The notes beneath the pieces are model-generated. The model saw nothing but the letters and a program-made list of their open reading frames with translations. It was not told the origin of the DNA and did no database searches. Below are positions 1 through 9,066 of a stretch of DNA of 64,000 bases, one piece after another. The stretch's first letter is position 1. The number at the start of each line of letters is the position of its first letter. Source of the stretch: a bacterium (lineage in GTDB: Bacteria; Patescibacteriota; Minisyncoccia; Phycocordibacterales; UBA2100); the NCBI GenBank assembly GCA_030647655.1, contig JAUSJH010000009.1, forward strand, positions 82,196 through 146,195, written 5' to 3'. The translations under genes were made by a program, and so were the position numbers.

Positions 1-478
1 AGAGAAGCCTCTGCGACGTTGTCTTCAGGCACATAGATGGAGGCGAATCCTGCGTCGCGCGCGGCGGCGGCTATCGAAAGACATCCGAGGATGGGGGAGA
101 GTGTGCCGTCGAGCGAAAGCTCGCCCGCAAACATTTTTCCGGCAGGGTCGAAGTGTATCTGCTCGGAGGCCAGCAGGAATGATAGTGCGAGCGGCAGATC
201 GAAAACCGCGCCCTCTTTTTTCAGCGCAGCGGGCGCGAGCGAGAGCACGATTTTTTTGTTACTGCGCTTGGGCGACTCGAGCTCATCCGTATTTTTTATC
301 GCTGCGGCGATGCGATCCTTCGCTTCCTCCACCGATTTGTCCGGTAACCCGACGATGGTAAAAGCATGCAGACCTTTCACGATGTCACACTCGACGGAAA
401 CCACCGCGCCTTTCGGCAGCATCGGCTGAGCCCCGAAGACTCTCGCGAATCCCGAAGCGATTTTTTGTTTTGTACTCA
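1..478 (-). CDS. ComM/YifB-family Mg-chelatase-like ATPase, N-terminal portion only (gene continues beyond window start)
   Basis: Minus-strand frame open from GTG at 478 to position 1. Translation VSTKQKIASGFARVFGAQPMLPKGAVVSVECDIVKGLHAFTIVGLPDKSVEEAKDRIAAAIKN...KKEGAVFDLPLALSFLLASEQ matches the conserved N-terminal domain of YifB/ComM. Partial, hence absent from the ORF track. Confidence 0.55.
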
Positions 479-507
479 CCGCGCCATTGTACCAAGCGTT
501 TTTGTAC

Positions 508-873
508 TTAGGCGTGCGCTATGCACGTGCGTGCCGCCGGATTCGCTTCGAGGCGGTCAAGCGAGATCGGTTCTTTGCCAATCTCGCAGAGCCCATAGTT
601 CTCGTCTTCCATTTTTTCGAGGGCAGCTACAATGTCTTTATGACGTTTTTCAAGCTCCTCCACCAGCGGCACATTGGTCACCAGTTCTTCGATTTGGTCG
701 GCTGCGTCCGTGGGATCAGCCTCGGTGCCCTGCAGTCCGCTCGAATTTCCCTGCCAGTTGCCGCTCTCATTCTGGACGCGACCGTGGCCCGCGAGCTCCT
801 CTTCCAGAGAATCACGCTCGGCCTCGAGCGCTCCACGCAGCTCTTCCAGTTGATTTCCAGTGATGTGTACCAT
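508..873 (-). CDS. DksA/TraR-family C4-type zinc-finger protein
   Basis: 121 aa with a coiled-coil N-terminus and C-terminal CEIGKEPISLDRLEANPAARTCIAHA (Cys-x2-Cys ... Cys) typical of the DksA/TraR fold. Confidence 0.7.
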   Translation of the reverse strand: MVHITGNQLEELRGALEAERDSLEEELAGHGRVQNESGNWQGNSSGLQGTEADPTDAADQIEELVTNVPLVEELEKRHKDIVAALEKMEDENYGLCEIGKEPISLDRLEANPAARTCIAHA

Positions 874-912
874 AGGCGAGATGGTAGCAAAAATAAAGCA
901 ATGATACCAATA

Positions 913-2400
913 TCACAACTTGCGGCTTGCCTGCAGGCGGCTTAATATCTCAGTGAATGAATACGGACTTTCAGCGATAATAAGGATGTTCTGCGTCGGG
1001 AACGAATAATAAAGTTGTGTAGTACCGGAGTCATCTTTGAGTGCGCGCACATCATAGTTGCGCATCACAAGGTCTTGGAACACTCTCTTGATGGGAAGCC
1101 CATTACCGTCAGTTGCGAGTACGGGCACTGAGGTAAATACAGGGGCGAGGTCGGCATTTAGGGAAGATTCCCATTCGAGCATTCCCGCGAACGCGTGATC
1201 GTGGGAAGTGACCGGTATCACAAAGAGCGGCGCATTTTTATCCACGGTATGTATACCGAAAAAGAAATCATTGCCCAGGGCGCGTATGAGGTCTTCGGGA
1301 GCGTGCACGCCGAGTGCCTGCATAAATTCGGCGAAGGTCGCGGGGACTTGCTCCGAACCACCGTCCGTCCCGACTGTCTTTACTGGGATTATTCTCGTGA
1401 TGGAACCGAGCGACCCGTTTTGTGCAACACGCGCGGAAGCGAGCATACGCTTGAGGTCACCCTGCGCGGTATCATCGAGGGAAAGAGGCACGCTTTGTTC
1501 GGCGAAGAGAATTGATGAGGCGTTTATCGGAGGAGGTGGAGTGCCTGTACGTTGTTGCATGACGGTGTACACGCCGAAAAGCGCTCCTGCGCCGAGTAGC
1601 ATCAAAAGCACGATACTGAAAATGACCCCGAAGGTCCGTTTCGACCTCTGCGTCGTCGCGGGAGCCTCCACTTTTTCCGCGGCTTTTCGGACGCGACGAT
1701 CTTCCTCGAGCGACACCGCACGCACGACCGATATTTTTTTGTCCCGTACGACACCCTGCAGGTCGTCCTTGAGTGTGTGTACCGCGGCGACGCTTCCCGC
1801 TTCTCGCTTTGCACTCTGCGCGGGGACGTCCTTGGAAATTTGTGTCGGATCCGCGATGCTCTCTTTGAGCGAGGGCGCTTGTGGCGAGATAGGAGAAACA
1901 ACTTTTGCGTCCGCGGCTCCATTCTGATCGCCTGTCTGCGCGGGCGCTCGGCGCTCGGGCAGTTTCACCTCATCGAGTATTTTTGTGATATCGGCGCGGA
2001 TAGTTTTTGGTTCTGGTTTTGCCGCAGACACAGGGAGGGTCATCGATACTGGTGGAACGGCGGAAGTTACCGGTGGACGTGGTTTCGGTTGCGGAGCCGG
2101 TGCGGGGGTTGGAGGAGGTACTACTTTAGGCACGGCCGGAGGCACTGTAGGAACAGGCGGAGATACCACTTTCTTTTCGTGCGGGATGACCACCTCCTCG
2201 AGGATTTTGGGTTCAGGCGCGTCCTGCAGTAGATTAGGCGCTGCTGTGGTAGCAGTGTTGAGGGCGACCGGTGTGCTCGGCTGTAGTTTAGATGCGTCTG
2301 CGGCTAAAACATTCTGTTTGGCAGAATGTTCGCCCGACACCGCATTAGATGCGGTGTCTAGGGGGTCCTTTTGAATCTCGTCTGCCATGGGAATCTCCAC
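913..2400 (-). CDS. hypothetical membrane-anchored protein with long Pro/Ala-rich low-complexity region and globular C-terminal domain
   Basis: 495 aa with a PxxP-rich N-terminal half, one TM helix (FGVIFSIVLLMLLGAGALFGVY) and a C-terminal domain of unknown family. The start overlaps the pnp stop by about 56 nt. Confidence 0.5.
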   Translation of the reverse strand: MEIPMADEIQKDPLDTASNAVSGEHSAKQNVLAADASKLQPSTPVALNTATTAAPNLLQDAPEPKILEEVVIPHEKKVVSPPVPTVPPAVPKVVPPPTPAPAPQPKPRPPVTSAVPPVSMTLPVSAAKPEPKTIRADITKILDEVKLPERRAPAQTGDQNGAADAKVVSPISPQAPSLKESIADPTQISKDVPAQSAKREAGSVAAVHTLKDDLQGVVRDKKISVVRAVSLEEDRRVRKAAEKVEAPATTQRSKRTFGVIFSIVLLMLLGAGALFGVYTVMQQRTGTPPPPINASSILFAEQSVPLSLDDTAQGDLKRMLASARVAQNGSLGSITRIIPVKTVGTDGGSEQVPATFAEFMQALGVHAPEDLIRALGNDFFFGIHTVDKNAPLFVIPVTSHDHAFAGMLEWESSLNADLAPVFTSVPVLATDGNGLPIKRVFQDLVMRNYDVRALKDDSGTTQLYYSFPTQNILIIAESPYSFTEILSRLQASRKL

Positions 2401-4540
2401 CGCCTTCAGCCGGCTTGAGCCCTTTGCGTGCGGCCCACTCCGGATCGGCTGCTTTGATAGAGAGATTATAGCGCCCTTTCTCGTCGATCTCTTTCAAAAC
2501 GACGGGGACGATGTCGCCGAGCGCTAGTGCATCCGATATCTTATTGATTCGGAACGGGGCGACCTCGGATACGTGTACTAACCCGTCGTTGTTGGGGCCG
2601 ATTTTTACGAAAGCGCCGAAATCCATGAGCCGCACGACGGGACCTTCGAACTTATCCCCCACCATATATTCGCGCGTGAGGTCTACTATCTCTTTGAGCG
2701 CGGCCTCGGCGGTGCCATTGCGACCCGTCACGAAGATAGTCCCGTCTTCCTCGATGGTGATGTCGTCGCACAGTGTGCGCTCGCGGATGCCGTTGATGGT
2801 CTTTCCCCCAGGACCGATGACGAGACCTATCTGGTCCTTCTTGACCACGGTCGTGAGTATCTTGGGCGCGCGTGGAGAGATGTCGGCGCGCGCCGCAGAA
2901 ATTTCTTTTGTTATCACTTCGAGTATCTGCATGCGCGCGATTTTGGCCTGCGCGAACGCCTCAGCCAATACTTTGAGCGGCACACCATCAACCTTCACAT
3001 CCATTTGCACCGCTGTTACGCCCAGAGAGGTACCGGCCACTTTGAAATCCATATCGCCATGATGGTCTTCCGGTCCTTGAATGTCGGTAAGCACTTTATA
3101 TTTCCCTTCTTTTGCGTCGCTCATCAAGCCCATCGCTATCCCCGCGACAGGGCGTGCAATGGGGACTCCTGCGTCCATGAGCGCGATTGTGCCCGCACAG
3201 ACGGTCGCCATCGATGTCGAGCCGTTAGACGCCAGACATTCGGAAACGATGCGGACCGTGTACGGGAACACATCTTTCGGAGGCATCATGACGCGCAGTG
3301 CTTTTTCCGCGAGTGCGCCGTGCCCCGTCATGCGGCGGTTCATGCCGCCGACCCGACCTGTCTCGCCCACAGAAAACGGCGGGAAATTGTAGTGGAGCAT
3401 GAACGACTTTTTCGTATCCTGGTTCTCGATCGTATCGAGGAGCTGGGCGTCGCCGGGGCCGCCAAGAGTGAGCGCAGCCAAGACGTGTGTTTCTCCACGG
3501 TAGAAAATGCCGGTTCCGTGGATGACGGGCGAGACCCCGCCGGCTTGTGCAAAGAGAGTACGTATCTCATCGAGTGCGCGGCCGTCAACGCGCTTCCCTT
3601 CTTCTATTGCGAGCTTGTGTACGAATGCATCAAGACGCTCTTCGTAGTATGAATCGATCTGTCCTGAATGCATATCCGGGAGTTTTTCCGTAGCCATCTT
3701 CATCCATTCAGATTTCATCGGGCCTAACTCCTGTTTAATGAGCTTCCCCGCTGAAGCATTGAGTTTGGGTGCGACGAGCTCCGCGAACGCCGCCTCCAGT
3801 TCGGGCGTCGTCTCGGGCACTTTGAATGCCTGTTTTTCCCTTCCACGCTCGGCAATAATCATTTTCTGCCACGTTTGCATCTTTTCTATCTCCTCACTCG
3901 CGCGCGTAAGCGCTTTTTCAAGAACAGACTCGTCTATTTCACGCGCGCCGACCTCTATCATGTTGATAAGGCCGTCTTTGCCGCAGACCGTGAGGTCCAT
4001 GAGCGCCTTTGGGGGGAGCTCTTCTTCCCGTTGCTTATACGTGGGATTTACAATGAGAGCATCATTTCCCTCTTCGAGCCCGATGCGTAGCGATGAGACA
4101 GGCCCGTTCCACGGAATATCGGATGTTGCGAGCGCAAGAGACGCTGCGTTGATGGCGAGTATGTCGGTGTCGTATTCCTCGATAGAAAGGACGGTAATGA
4201 TGACCTGCACTTCGCGCTTCAGGCCCTTGGGGAACAAGGGGCGGATAGTGCGGTCAACCATGCGACCCGAGAGCACCGCCTCGTCGGAAGGTCGCCCTTC
4301 GCGGCGCATGAATCGTGAGCCGAGGATCGCTCCCGCGGCGTAAAACTTCTCCTCGTATTCGACAGAGAGCGGGAAATAATCTTTGTCCGATTCCTTGCCC
4401 ATGACGGCGGTTGCCAAAACCGCGCTGTTACCATAGCGCACCAATACCGATCCGTTCGCCTGGTCCGCCCAGTCGTTGAACTCGGCGGTCATTGTCTTCC
4501 CGCCGATCTCGACGGAATATTCTTTTTTCTGCATGTACAA
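2345..4540 (-). CDS. pnp: polynucleotide phosphorylase (PNPase)
   Basis: 731 aa starting MYMQKKEYSVEIGGKTMTAEF, with two RNase PH repeats, a KH region and a C-terminal S1 region plus a basic tail. Confidence 0.95.
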   Translation of the reverse strand: MYMQKKEYSVEIGGKTMTAEFNDWADQANGSVLVRYGNSAVLATAVMGKESDKDYFPLSVEYEEKFYAAGAILGSRFMRREGRPSDEAVLSGRMVDRTIRPLFPKGLKREVQVIITVLSIEEYDTDILAINAASLALATSDIPWNGPVSSLRIGLEEGNDALIVNPTYKQREEELPPKALMDLTVCGKDGLINMIEVGAREIDESVLEKALTRASEEIEKMQTWQKMIIAERGREKQAFKVPETTPELEAAFAELVAPKLNASAGKLIKQELGPMKSEWMKMATEKLPDMHSGQIDSYYEERLDAFVHKLAIEEGKRVDGRALDEIRTLFAQAGGVSPVIHGTGIFYRGETHVLAALTLGGPGDAQLLDTIENQDTKKSFMLHYNFPPFSVGETGRVGGMNRRMTGHGALAEKALRVMMPPKDVFPYTVRIVSECLASNGSTSMATVCAGTIALMDAGVPIARPVAGIAMGLMSDAKEGKYKVLTDIQGPEDHHGDMDFKVAGTSLGVTAVQMDVKVDGVPLKVLAEAFAQAKIARMQILEVITKEISAARADISPRAPKILTTVVKKDQIGLVIGPGGKTINGIRERTLCDDITIEEDGTIFVTGRNGTAEAALKEIVDLTREYMVGDKFEGPVVRLMDFGAFVKIGPNNDGLVHVSEVAPFRINKISDALALGDIVPVVLKEIDEKGRYNLSIKAADPEWAARKGLKPAEGGGDSHGRRDSKGPPRHRI

Positions 4541-4651
4541 AGGTCTTCTAATGACCCTCGGATTTTAGGTCTCAAACCGAGTTTGAGAACTACCTATCCA
4601 AGGATCGCTGATAACGTGAACAACTATAGCATAAAGGCTATACTTGTCACC

Positions 4652-5041
4652 ATGAACATCGTTATTCGCCGGATGTTCCGATACGCTGTCGCGAGTATCA
4701 CCTTTTTCGTCCTCGATCTTCTCGTAGTGTTCGTGCTGACTGGATTTTTCCACGCCTACTATGTCGCCTCGGTCGTCATAGGTTTTACCACGACGACCGT
4801 CGCGCTCTTTTTTGCGAACCGAACATGGACGTTCGGAAAGAATGTACACCCGCTCCGCGCCATCTATGCGGTGCTCGTGGCGGTAACTACGCTCGGTATT
4901 GTCACGGGCCTTACCTATCTTGGCGTCGAGTATTTCGGCCTTTACTATATTGTCGCGCGCGTCGTCGCCGCGTGGTTCGGACTCGCGTGGAGTTACCTCG
5001 GAGATTCACTCTTTACGTTCGAGGTACGCCCACTTGAGTGA
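4652..5041 (+). CDS. GtrA-family membrane protein (polysaccharide synthesis/flippase-associated)
   Basis: Four-TM small protein with RRMFRYAVASITFFVLDLLVVFVL...FANRTWTF, as in GtrA-like proteins. Start placed at internal Met MNIVIRR; the ORF track begins at 4583. Confidence 0.65.
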   Translation: MNIVIRRMFRYAVASITFFVLDLLVVFVLTGFFHAYYVASVVIGFTTTTVALFFANRTWTFGKNVHPLRAIYAVLVAVTTLGIVTGLTYLGVEYFGLYYIVARVVAAWFGLAWSYLGDSLFTFEVRPLE

Positions 5042-5806
5042 TTATTTTTTGGAAAGATTCCACAAGGCGTTGAAGAATTCGCGATAGCCGTCGGCAATCG
5101 TTTTTCCAGTGACGGTTATGCAAAGTACAGGATCACCGAAAATATTGAGCGTGATGTTGTCGTGCCAAATATCGGTGTTCATAAGCCCGGTGGCGTGACC
5201 GGGGAGTATTCGAAACGACCAGTGCCCCGTTTTCTCGAGCATCTGTAGACGCTCGTGTTGAGCCTCTCCTCCGAGATAACGCGTCTTAATATTTTTCTCT
5301 CTCGAGATTCGGAGATATTCGTCCCATGCCCCCTCGGCTTCGAGAGTTGTTTGGTATCGTTCAGTTTCGCTTGCGATTACGTCGATAACAGTGTCATTTG
5401 GTTGTCGCTTGAGCAATTCGAATTGTTGTGCGACGAAAGAGCTGTCACCCTGAAAAATCTCCACATCTTGCTCGCGCTCTCCCGCGTATCGGCTCTGAAG
5501 CTCTTTCGCCAGTGCGTTTGCGGCAAGCTTCTTCTCCTCGATGAGCGAGAGCAGGCGATTGGGCGTGTTAGCGCTGAACTTTTTACGGCCATTTTGAACC
5601 ACATGCCGTGCAAGGCCTTTTTCCTCGAGCTTTGCAAGCGCGTCATACACAAATTGTCCGTGAAGACCAGTCATTCTAATGATTTTCGACGTGCCGATGT
5701 CCCGGTAGGGCAAGAGCGATAGGTACACGCGGCTTTCTTTTTCCGATAGCCCCAATCCAGCAAGCCTGGTTTCAATCACAGTATTTTCATCAGTATTTTT
5801 TGACAT
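5042..5806 (-). CDS. TrmB-family transcriptional regulator
   Basis: N-terminal wHTH (LSEKESRVYLSLLPYRDIGTSKIIRMTGLHGQFVYDALAKLEEKGL) followed by a TrmB-type C-terminal domain. Confidence 0.7.
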   Translation of the reverse strand: MSKNTDENTVIETRLAGLGLSEKESRVYLSLLPYRDIGTSKIIRMTGLHGQFVYDALAKLEEKGLARHVVQNGRKKFSANTPNRLLSLIEEKKLAANALAKELQSRYAGEREQDVEIFQGDSSFVAQQFELLKRQPNDTVIDVIASETERYQTTLEAEGAWDEYLRISREKNIKTRYLGGEAQHERLQMLEKTGHWSFRILPGHATGLMNTDIWHDNITLNIFGDPVLCITVTGKTIADGYREFFNALWNLSKK

Positions 5807-5865
5807 ATAAGAAGGAAGTACCCTATTTAGAAGCTATTTTATCATAATAGTATCATCAATAAAGA

Positions 5866-5893
5866 TTGACAATAGGGTCAGACGTGGTATAGT
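5866..5893 (+). promoter_or_regulatory. sigma70-like promoter (TTGACA, 16-nt spacer, TGgTATAGT extended -10) upstream of the 5973 gene
   Basis: TTGACA at 5866-5871 and TATAGT at 5888-5893, preceded by TGG. AT-rich context, followed by a GAGAGGAGGTGA Shine-Dalgarno and ATG at 5973. Confidence 0.5.
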
Positions 5894-5972
5894 TATGCAG
5901 GAAATCGAAGCTCATTAACTCAAATTGACTGCAGTATTCAATCCACGCCGACATCGAGAGGAGGTGATTTGA

Positions 5973-6308
5973 ATGTCTGGCACAATCGGGCTTTTCGAAG
6001 CCCGGGCCTGGGTCGCTAAACAGTGCGGCCTAGCCAAGAAGAAGGGAGATGAGGATCTGATCCCGTCGGGAGTACAAACTCTCGAGAAATTCGGGATTGA
6101 TTCCTTCTTCGCCTTTAGCAAAGGTGACGAAGTCCCCGCTTCTTGGCACGAAAGGGCCGAGTTGCTGGAAGACATGCTGAATGTCTTCCACCCGGAGAAC
6201 GAGAAGTTCATCTTTCTCGGACTCGCGGACCACGAGCAATTCTTAGTGGTCGAATCTTCTGGGCCCGCCTCTGTTGTGGTGGTTCCGGTCGCTTCCCTGG
6301 CCTTCTAG
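5973..6308 (+). CDS. hypothetical small protein (111 aa)
   Basis: Strong RBS GGAGGTGA 6 nt upstream and a promoter-like element upstream. I recognise no family. Confidence 0.55.
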   Translation: MSGTIGLFEARAWVAKQCGLAKKKGDEDLIPSGVQTLEKFGIDSFFAFSKGDEVPASWHERAELLEDMLNVFHPENEKFIFLGLADHEQFLVVESSGPASVVVVPVASLAF

Positions 6309-6486
6309 GGATTGAAGACTTGGAGAGGGACTACGGCCCCTCTCCCCTTATTAGAGAGTTTGTGAAAGTCGAACTCTCTTAAAGGAAAGTTCTTTGAAAA
6401 TATTTGGGAAGTGGTCGTAGCAAAGATGCGGCGGTACACCCCATCTTTGCTGTGACTACACCCAAATCAACCAATTGGAGGATTCC

Positions 6487-7185
6487 ATGCAGCATTCTCG
6501 AGTTAGTCCCGATGAATGGAAAGTCGGTCTCTACGAAAGTTTCGACAAAGTTCGGCGACATACCGAGCCATACGAGATGACCGTCGGTAAATTCGACATC
6601 TTGGTACTTCCGAACGTCTTTTCGCCGAAGTACTTCACGGACAGTCTGTGGTTCGCAGAGCGGCTGCCTGCAATCGTGAAGAGTGCGAGCTTCCTCGAAA
6701 TCGGAACTGGAACCGGTATCGCGGCACTCTACTGCGCGGCTGCAGGCGCCACGGTGACGGCGACTGACATCAATCAGAGGGCGGTCACGAACACCATCCG
6801 TAACGCGAGAAAGGCGAGCCTTCCGATTTCCGTGCGCCATGGCGATATGTTTGCGCCGCTGTTCTCGTTCGAGAAATATGACTACATGTTCTGGAACCAC
6901 CCGTTCAATAGTTGGAACGGGCAGGTACCCGACATGTTGATGCGGGCGGGAATCGATCCCGATTATCGTGACTTGGAGCGCTACATGCTTCATGGCAAGA
7001 GCCATCTCACAGGTCGAGGAGCGCAGCTGCTCGGGTCTTCGGATATGGCGGAAGTCGATTGCATCAACGAAATCGCTGATCGGTACGGCAGGAAGTTGAC
7101 CGTGCTTTCGGAGGGCGAAATGCCCATCGAAAACGGTAGCGAGGTGTGGAACACGTACTACATCTATCGCATCGATACGTTGTGA
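6487..7185 (+). CDS. class I SAM-dependent methyltransferase, HemK/Mtq2-like small-domain (MTS) family
   Basis: Motif I LEIGTGTGIAAL, TATDIN, and an NPPY-like motif IV variant WNHPF. Start at the second ATG (6487), which has GGAGG 7 nt upstream; the ORF track begins at 6475. Confidence 0.7.
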   Translation: MQHSRVSPDEWKVGLYESFDKVRRHTEPYEMTVGKFDILVLPNVFSPKYFTDSLWFAERLPAIVKSASFLEIGTGTGIAALYCAAAGATVTATDINQRAVTNTIRNARKASLPISVRHGDMFAPLFSFEKYDYMFWNHPFNSWNGQVPDMLMRAGIDPDYRDLERYMLHGKSHLTGRGAQLLGSSDMAEVDCINEIADRYGRKLTVLSEGEMPIENGSEVWNTYYIYRIDTL

Positions 7186-7242
7186 ACCTCGACACAATAC
7201 CCCGCGCGGAGAAATCCGCGCGGGCAAACTTTTTAATATTTC

Positions 7243-7884
7243 TTATTCCACACCCGTGATCTTTCCTATCTCTGAGATGTCCTGCTCATTTTGCGGCGCG
7301 ATGGAATCCTCCGGCGCGGAGACTTGCACATCGCCACCATCACGTGTGCGGCCGCCACGCGAAGAACGCGTGGGGCGATAGTTCATTAGATAGCGGCGCG
7401 GGTCTTCGTCGAGGTCGAGAAAGTGATCGGCTGCTTCTTTGAGCTTGCCGGAGGTCGAGCGACCGAAAGAGGCTATCTCCACCTGACAGCCGCCGTGCAC
7501 CTGAAGGTATTTGACGAGCGGAATGAAATCACCGTCGCCGGTGAAAAGTATCACCGTGTCGAGTTTGGGTGACATCGTGATGGCGTCTACCGCCATGCCG
7601 ACGTCCCAATCTGCCTTCTTGGCGCCGCCGAAGAATATTTGGAGGTCTTTCGTCGTCGTTTCGATGCCAATCTTCTCGAGTGCTTCGAAAAAACCCTTCT
7701 CCTCGCCACTCTCTGTCGTCACGACATAGGCGCGAGCGCGGATGAGGCGGCGCCCACCGAGGGAGTCTTTTAATACGTTGCCGAAATTCACGCGCGCGTG
7801 GTAGATATTCTTCGCGCTGTGATAAAGGTTTTGCGTGTCGATGAATACACCGACGCGTTGTTCTGGATGTTTAATGATAGCCAT
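7243..7884 (-). CDS. NYN/LabA-like (PIN-fold) domain protein
   Basis: VGVFIDTQNLYHSA ... ILFTGDGDFIPLV, typical of the NYN ribonuclease fold. Start taken at ATG 7884; the track uses an upstream TTG at 7905. Confidence 0.7.
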   Translation of the reverse strand: MAIIKHPEQRVGVFIDTQNLYHSAKNIYHARVNFGNVLKDSLGGRRLIRARAYVVTTESGEEKGFFEALEKIGIETTTKDLQIFFGGAKKADWDVGMAVDAITMSPKLDTVILFTGDGDFIPLVKYLQVHGGCQVEIASFGRSTSGKLKEAADHFLDLDEDPRRYLMNYRPTRSSRGGRTRDGGDVQVSAPEDSIAPQNEQDISEIGKITGVE

Positions 7885-8054
7885 ATGATTTTGCGAAATT
7901 ACCAAGTCTCGAATCTACTGATTCGCATGTGCGTTGCGTCCATTGTTACGCGACCTGTTTTCAGTAATTAGTCACTAGGGTCTAGCCACTAGTGAAATAC
8001 ATTTATTAAAATATCCACTAGATAGAGTATAGCTTACAAAACGAAAAGGAGGAA

Positions 8055-8321
8055 TTATTTCTTCAAACCAAGCTTTCTAACCAAAGTACCGTATGCGCGA
8101 CGATTTGTAGCCTCCAAGTACTTCAAATGCTTGCGGCGGTCTGCGACGAGACCCAAAAGACCGCGACGACCATGTTTGTCCTTGCGATTCTTATCCAAAT
8201 GCACAGAAAGTTCCTCAATTCGGCGCGTCAAAACGGCAACTTGCACCTCCGGAGAGCCAGTGTCCGTGTCGTGCCGGCGCGATTTAGCAATCTCGTTTGC
8301 TTTCTTACGCTTCGTAAGCAT
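8055..8321 (-). CDS. rpsO: 30S ribosomal protein S15
   Basis: 88 aa containing HDTDTGSPEVQVAVLTRRIEELSVHL...HGRRGLLGLVADRRKHLKYL. Confidence 0.95.
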   Translation of the reverse strand: MLTKRKKANEIAKSRRHDTDTGSPEVQVAVLTRRIEELSVHLDKNRKDKHGRRGLLGLVADRRKHLKYLEATNRRAYGTLVRKLGLKK

Positions 8322-8425
8322 GGTAGAACAATATCACATTCCGTGGCTCAACGCAAGCTCCCAATTTGTCCAAACGCCTCACGTTTGGCTACAAATTGCA
8401 GTCCTTTAGGGCTCCCTGCCCCTTC

Positions 8426-8941
8426 TTATTGCGTTTTGGGCGTCGTGGTATCCGCTGCGGCCGGCGTATCCTCAACCTTCTCCAGTTGAATCTCGAAAAT
8501 GAGTGTCGAGTTGGCGGGGATTATCACTTTTCCTGAAGCGTCTTTCACGTCTTGCGCCCCATAGCCGAAGCTCGGGGGAATAGAGAGCACGCGCTGGCCA
8601 CCTTCTTTCATGCCATTAACTCCTATCTGGAAGCCGGCGATGAGACCCCCCGCGCCCAGAGTGAATTTGAGCGGCTCATTGTTGTGTGCGGCAGAGCTGT
8701 CAAATACAGTACCATCGGAAAATTTGCCCACATAGAGGACGGAGACGGTGTCGCCGGGCTTCGCTTCCCTGCCAGTGCCGACTTTCACGTCCTGTCCTTG
8801 CACTTGATCGGTTGCTCCTGCTGCCGAAGCTGCCTGAGTTCCTGCGGGAGTGTTATTGCCCATGAATTTGAAGATAAAATATCCGCCGATAAGAATGACA
8901 ATAATGACGACGAACCCGATAACCATTGGTTTTGTGTTCAT
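8426..8941 (-). CDS. FKBP-type peptidyl-prolyl cis-trans isomerase, N-terminally membrane-anchored
   Basis: TM helix then an FKBP domain (GDTVSVLYVGKFSDGTVFDSS...PLKFTLGAGGLIAGFQIGVNGMKEGGQRVLSIPPSFGYG). Start at MNTKPMVIG. Confidence 0.8.
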   Translation of the reverse strand: MNTKPMVIGFVVIIVILIGGYFIFKFMGNNTPAGTQAASAAGATDQVQGQDVKVGTGREAKPGDTVSVLYVGKFSDGTVFDSSAAHNNEPLKFTLGAGGLIAGFQIGVNGMKEGGQRVLSIPPSFGYGAQDVKDASGKVIIPANSTLIFEIQLEKVEDTPAAADTTTPKTQ

Positions 8942-9066
8942 ATCGCGCCACGATACAGGCACACAGTATTTTTTGCAAGCTCCCGATTTGTCCGCGCGAA
9001 GCGCGGCAACAAATCGCAGTCCCTTTGGGGTTGGGGACAAAATTCAAGAAGAGTATACTGAAATCT

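Noticed and set aside
37-429. Plus-strand ORFs 37-429 and 101-361
   Set aside because: They are antisense to the well-supported partial ComM/YifB gene on the minus strand and have no RBS. Typical GC-rich shadow ORFs.
1195-2374. Plus-strand ORFs 1195-1515, 1208-1927, 1777-2232 and 1985-2374, and minus-strand 1602-1922
   Set aside because: All overlap the 913-2400 gene in other frames or strands and have Arg/Cys-rich compositions characteristic of GC-rich out-of-frame translation.
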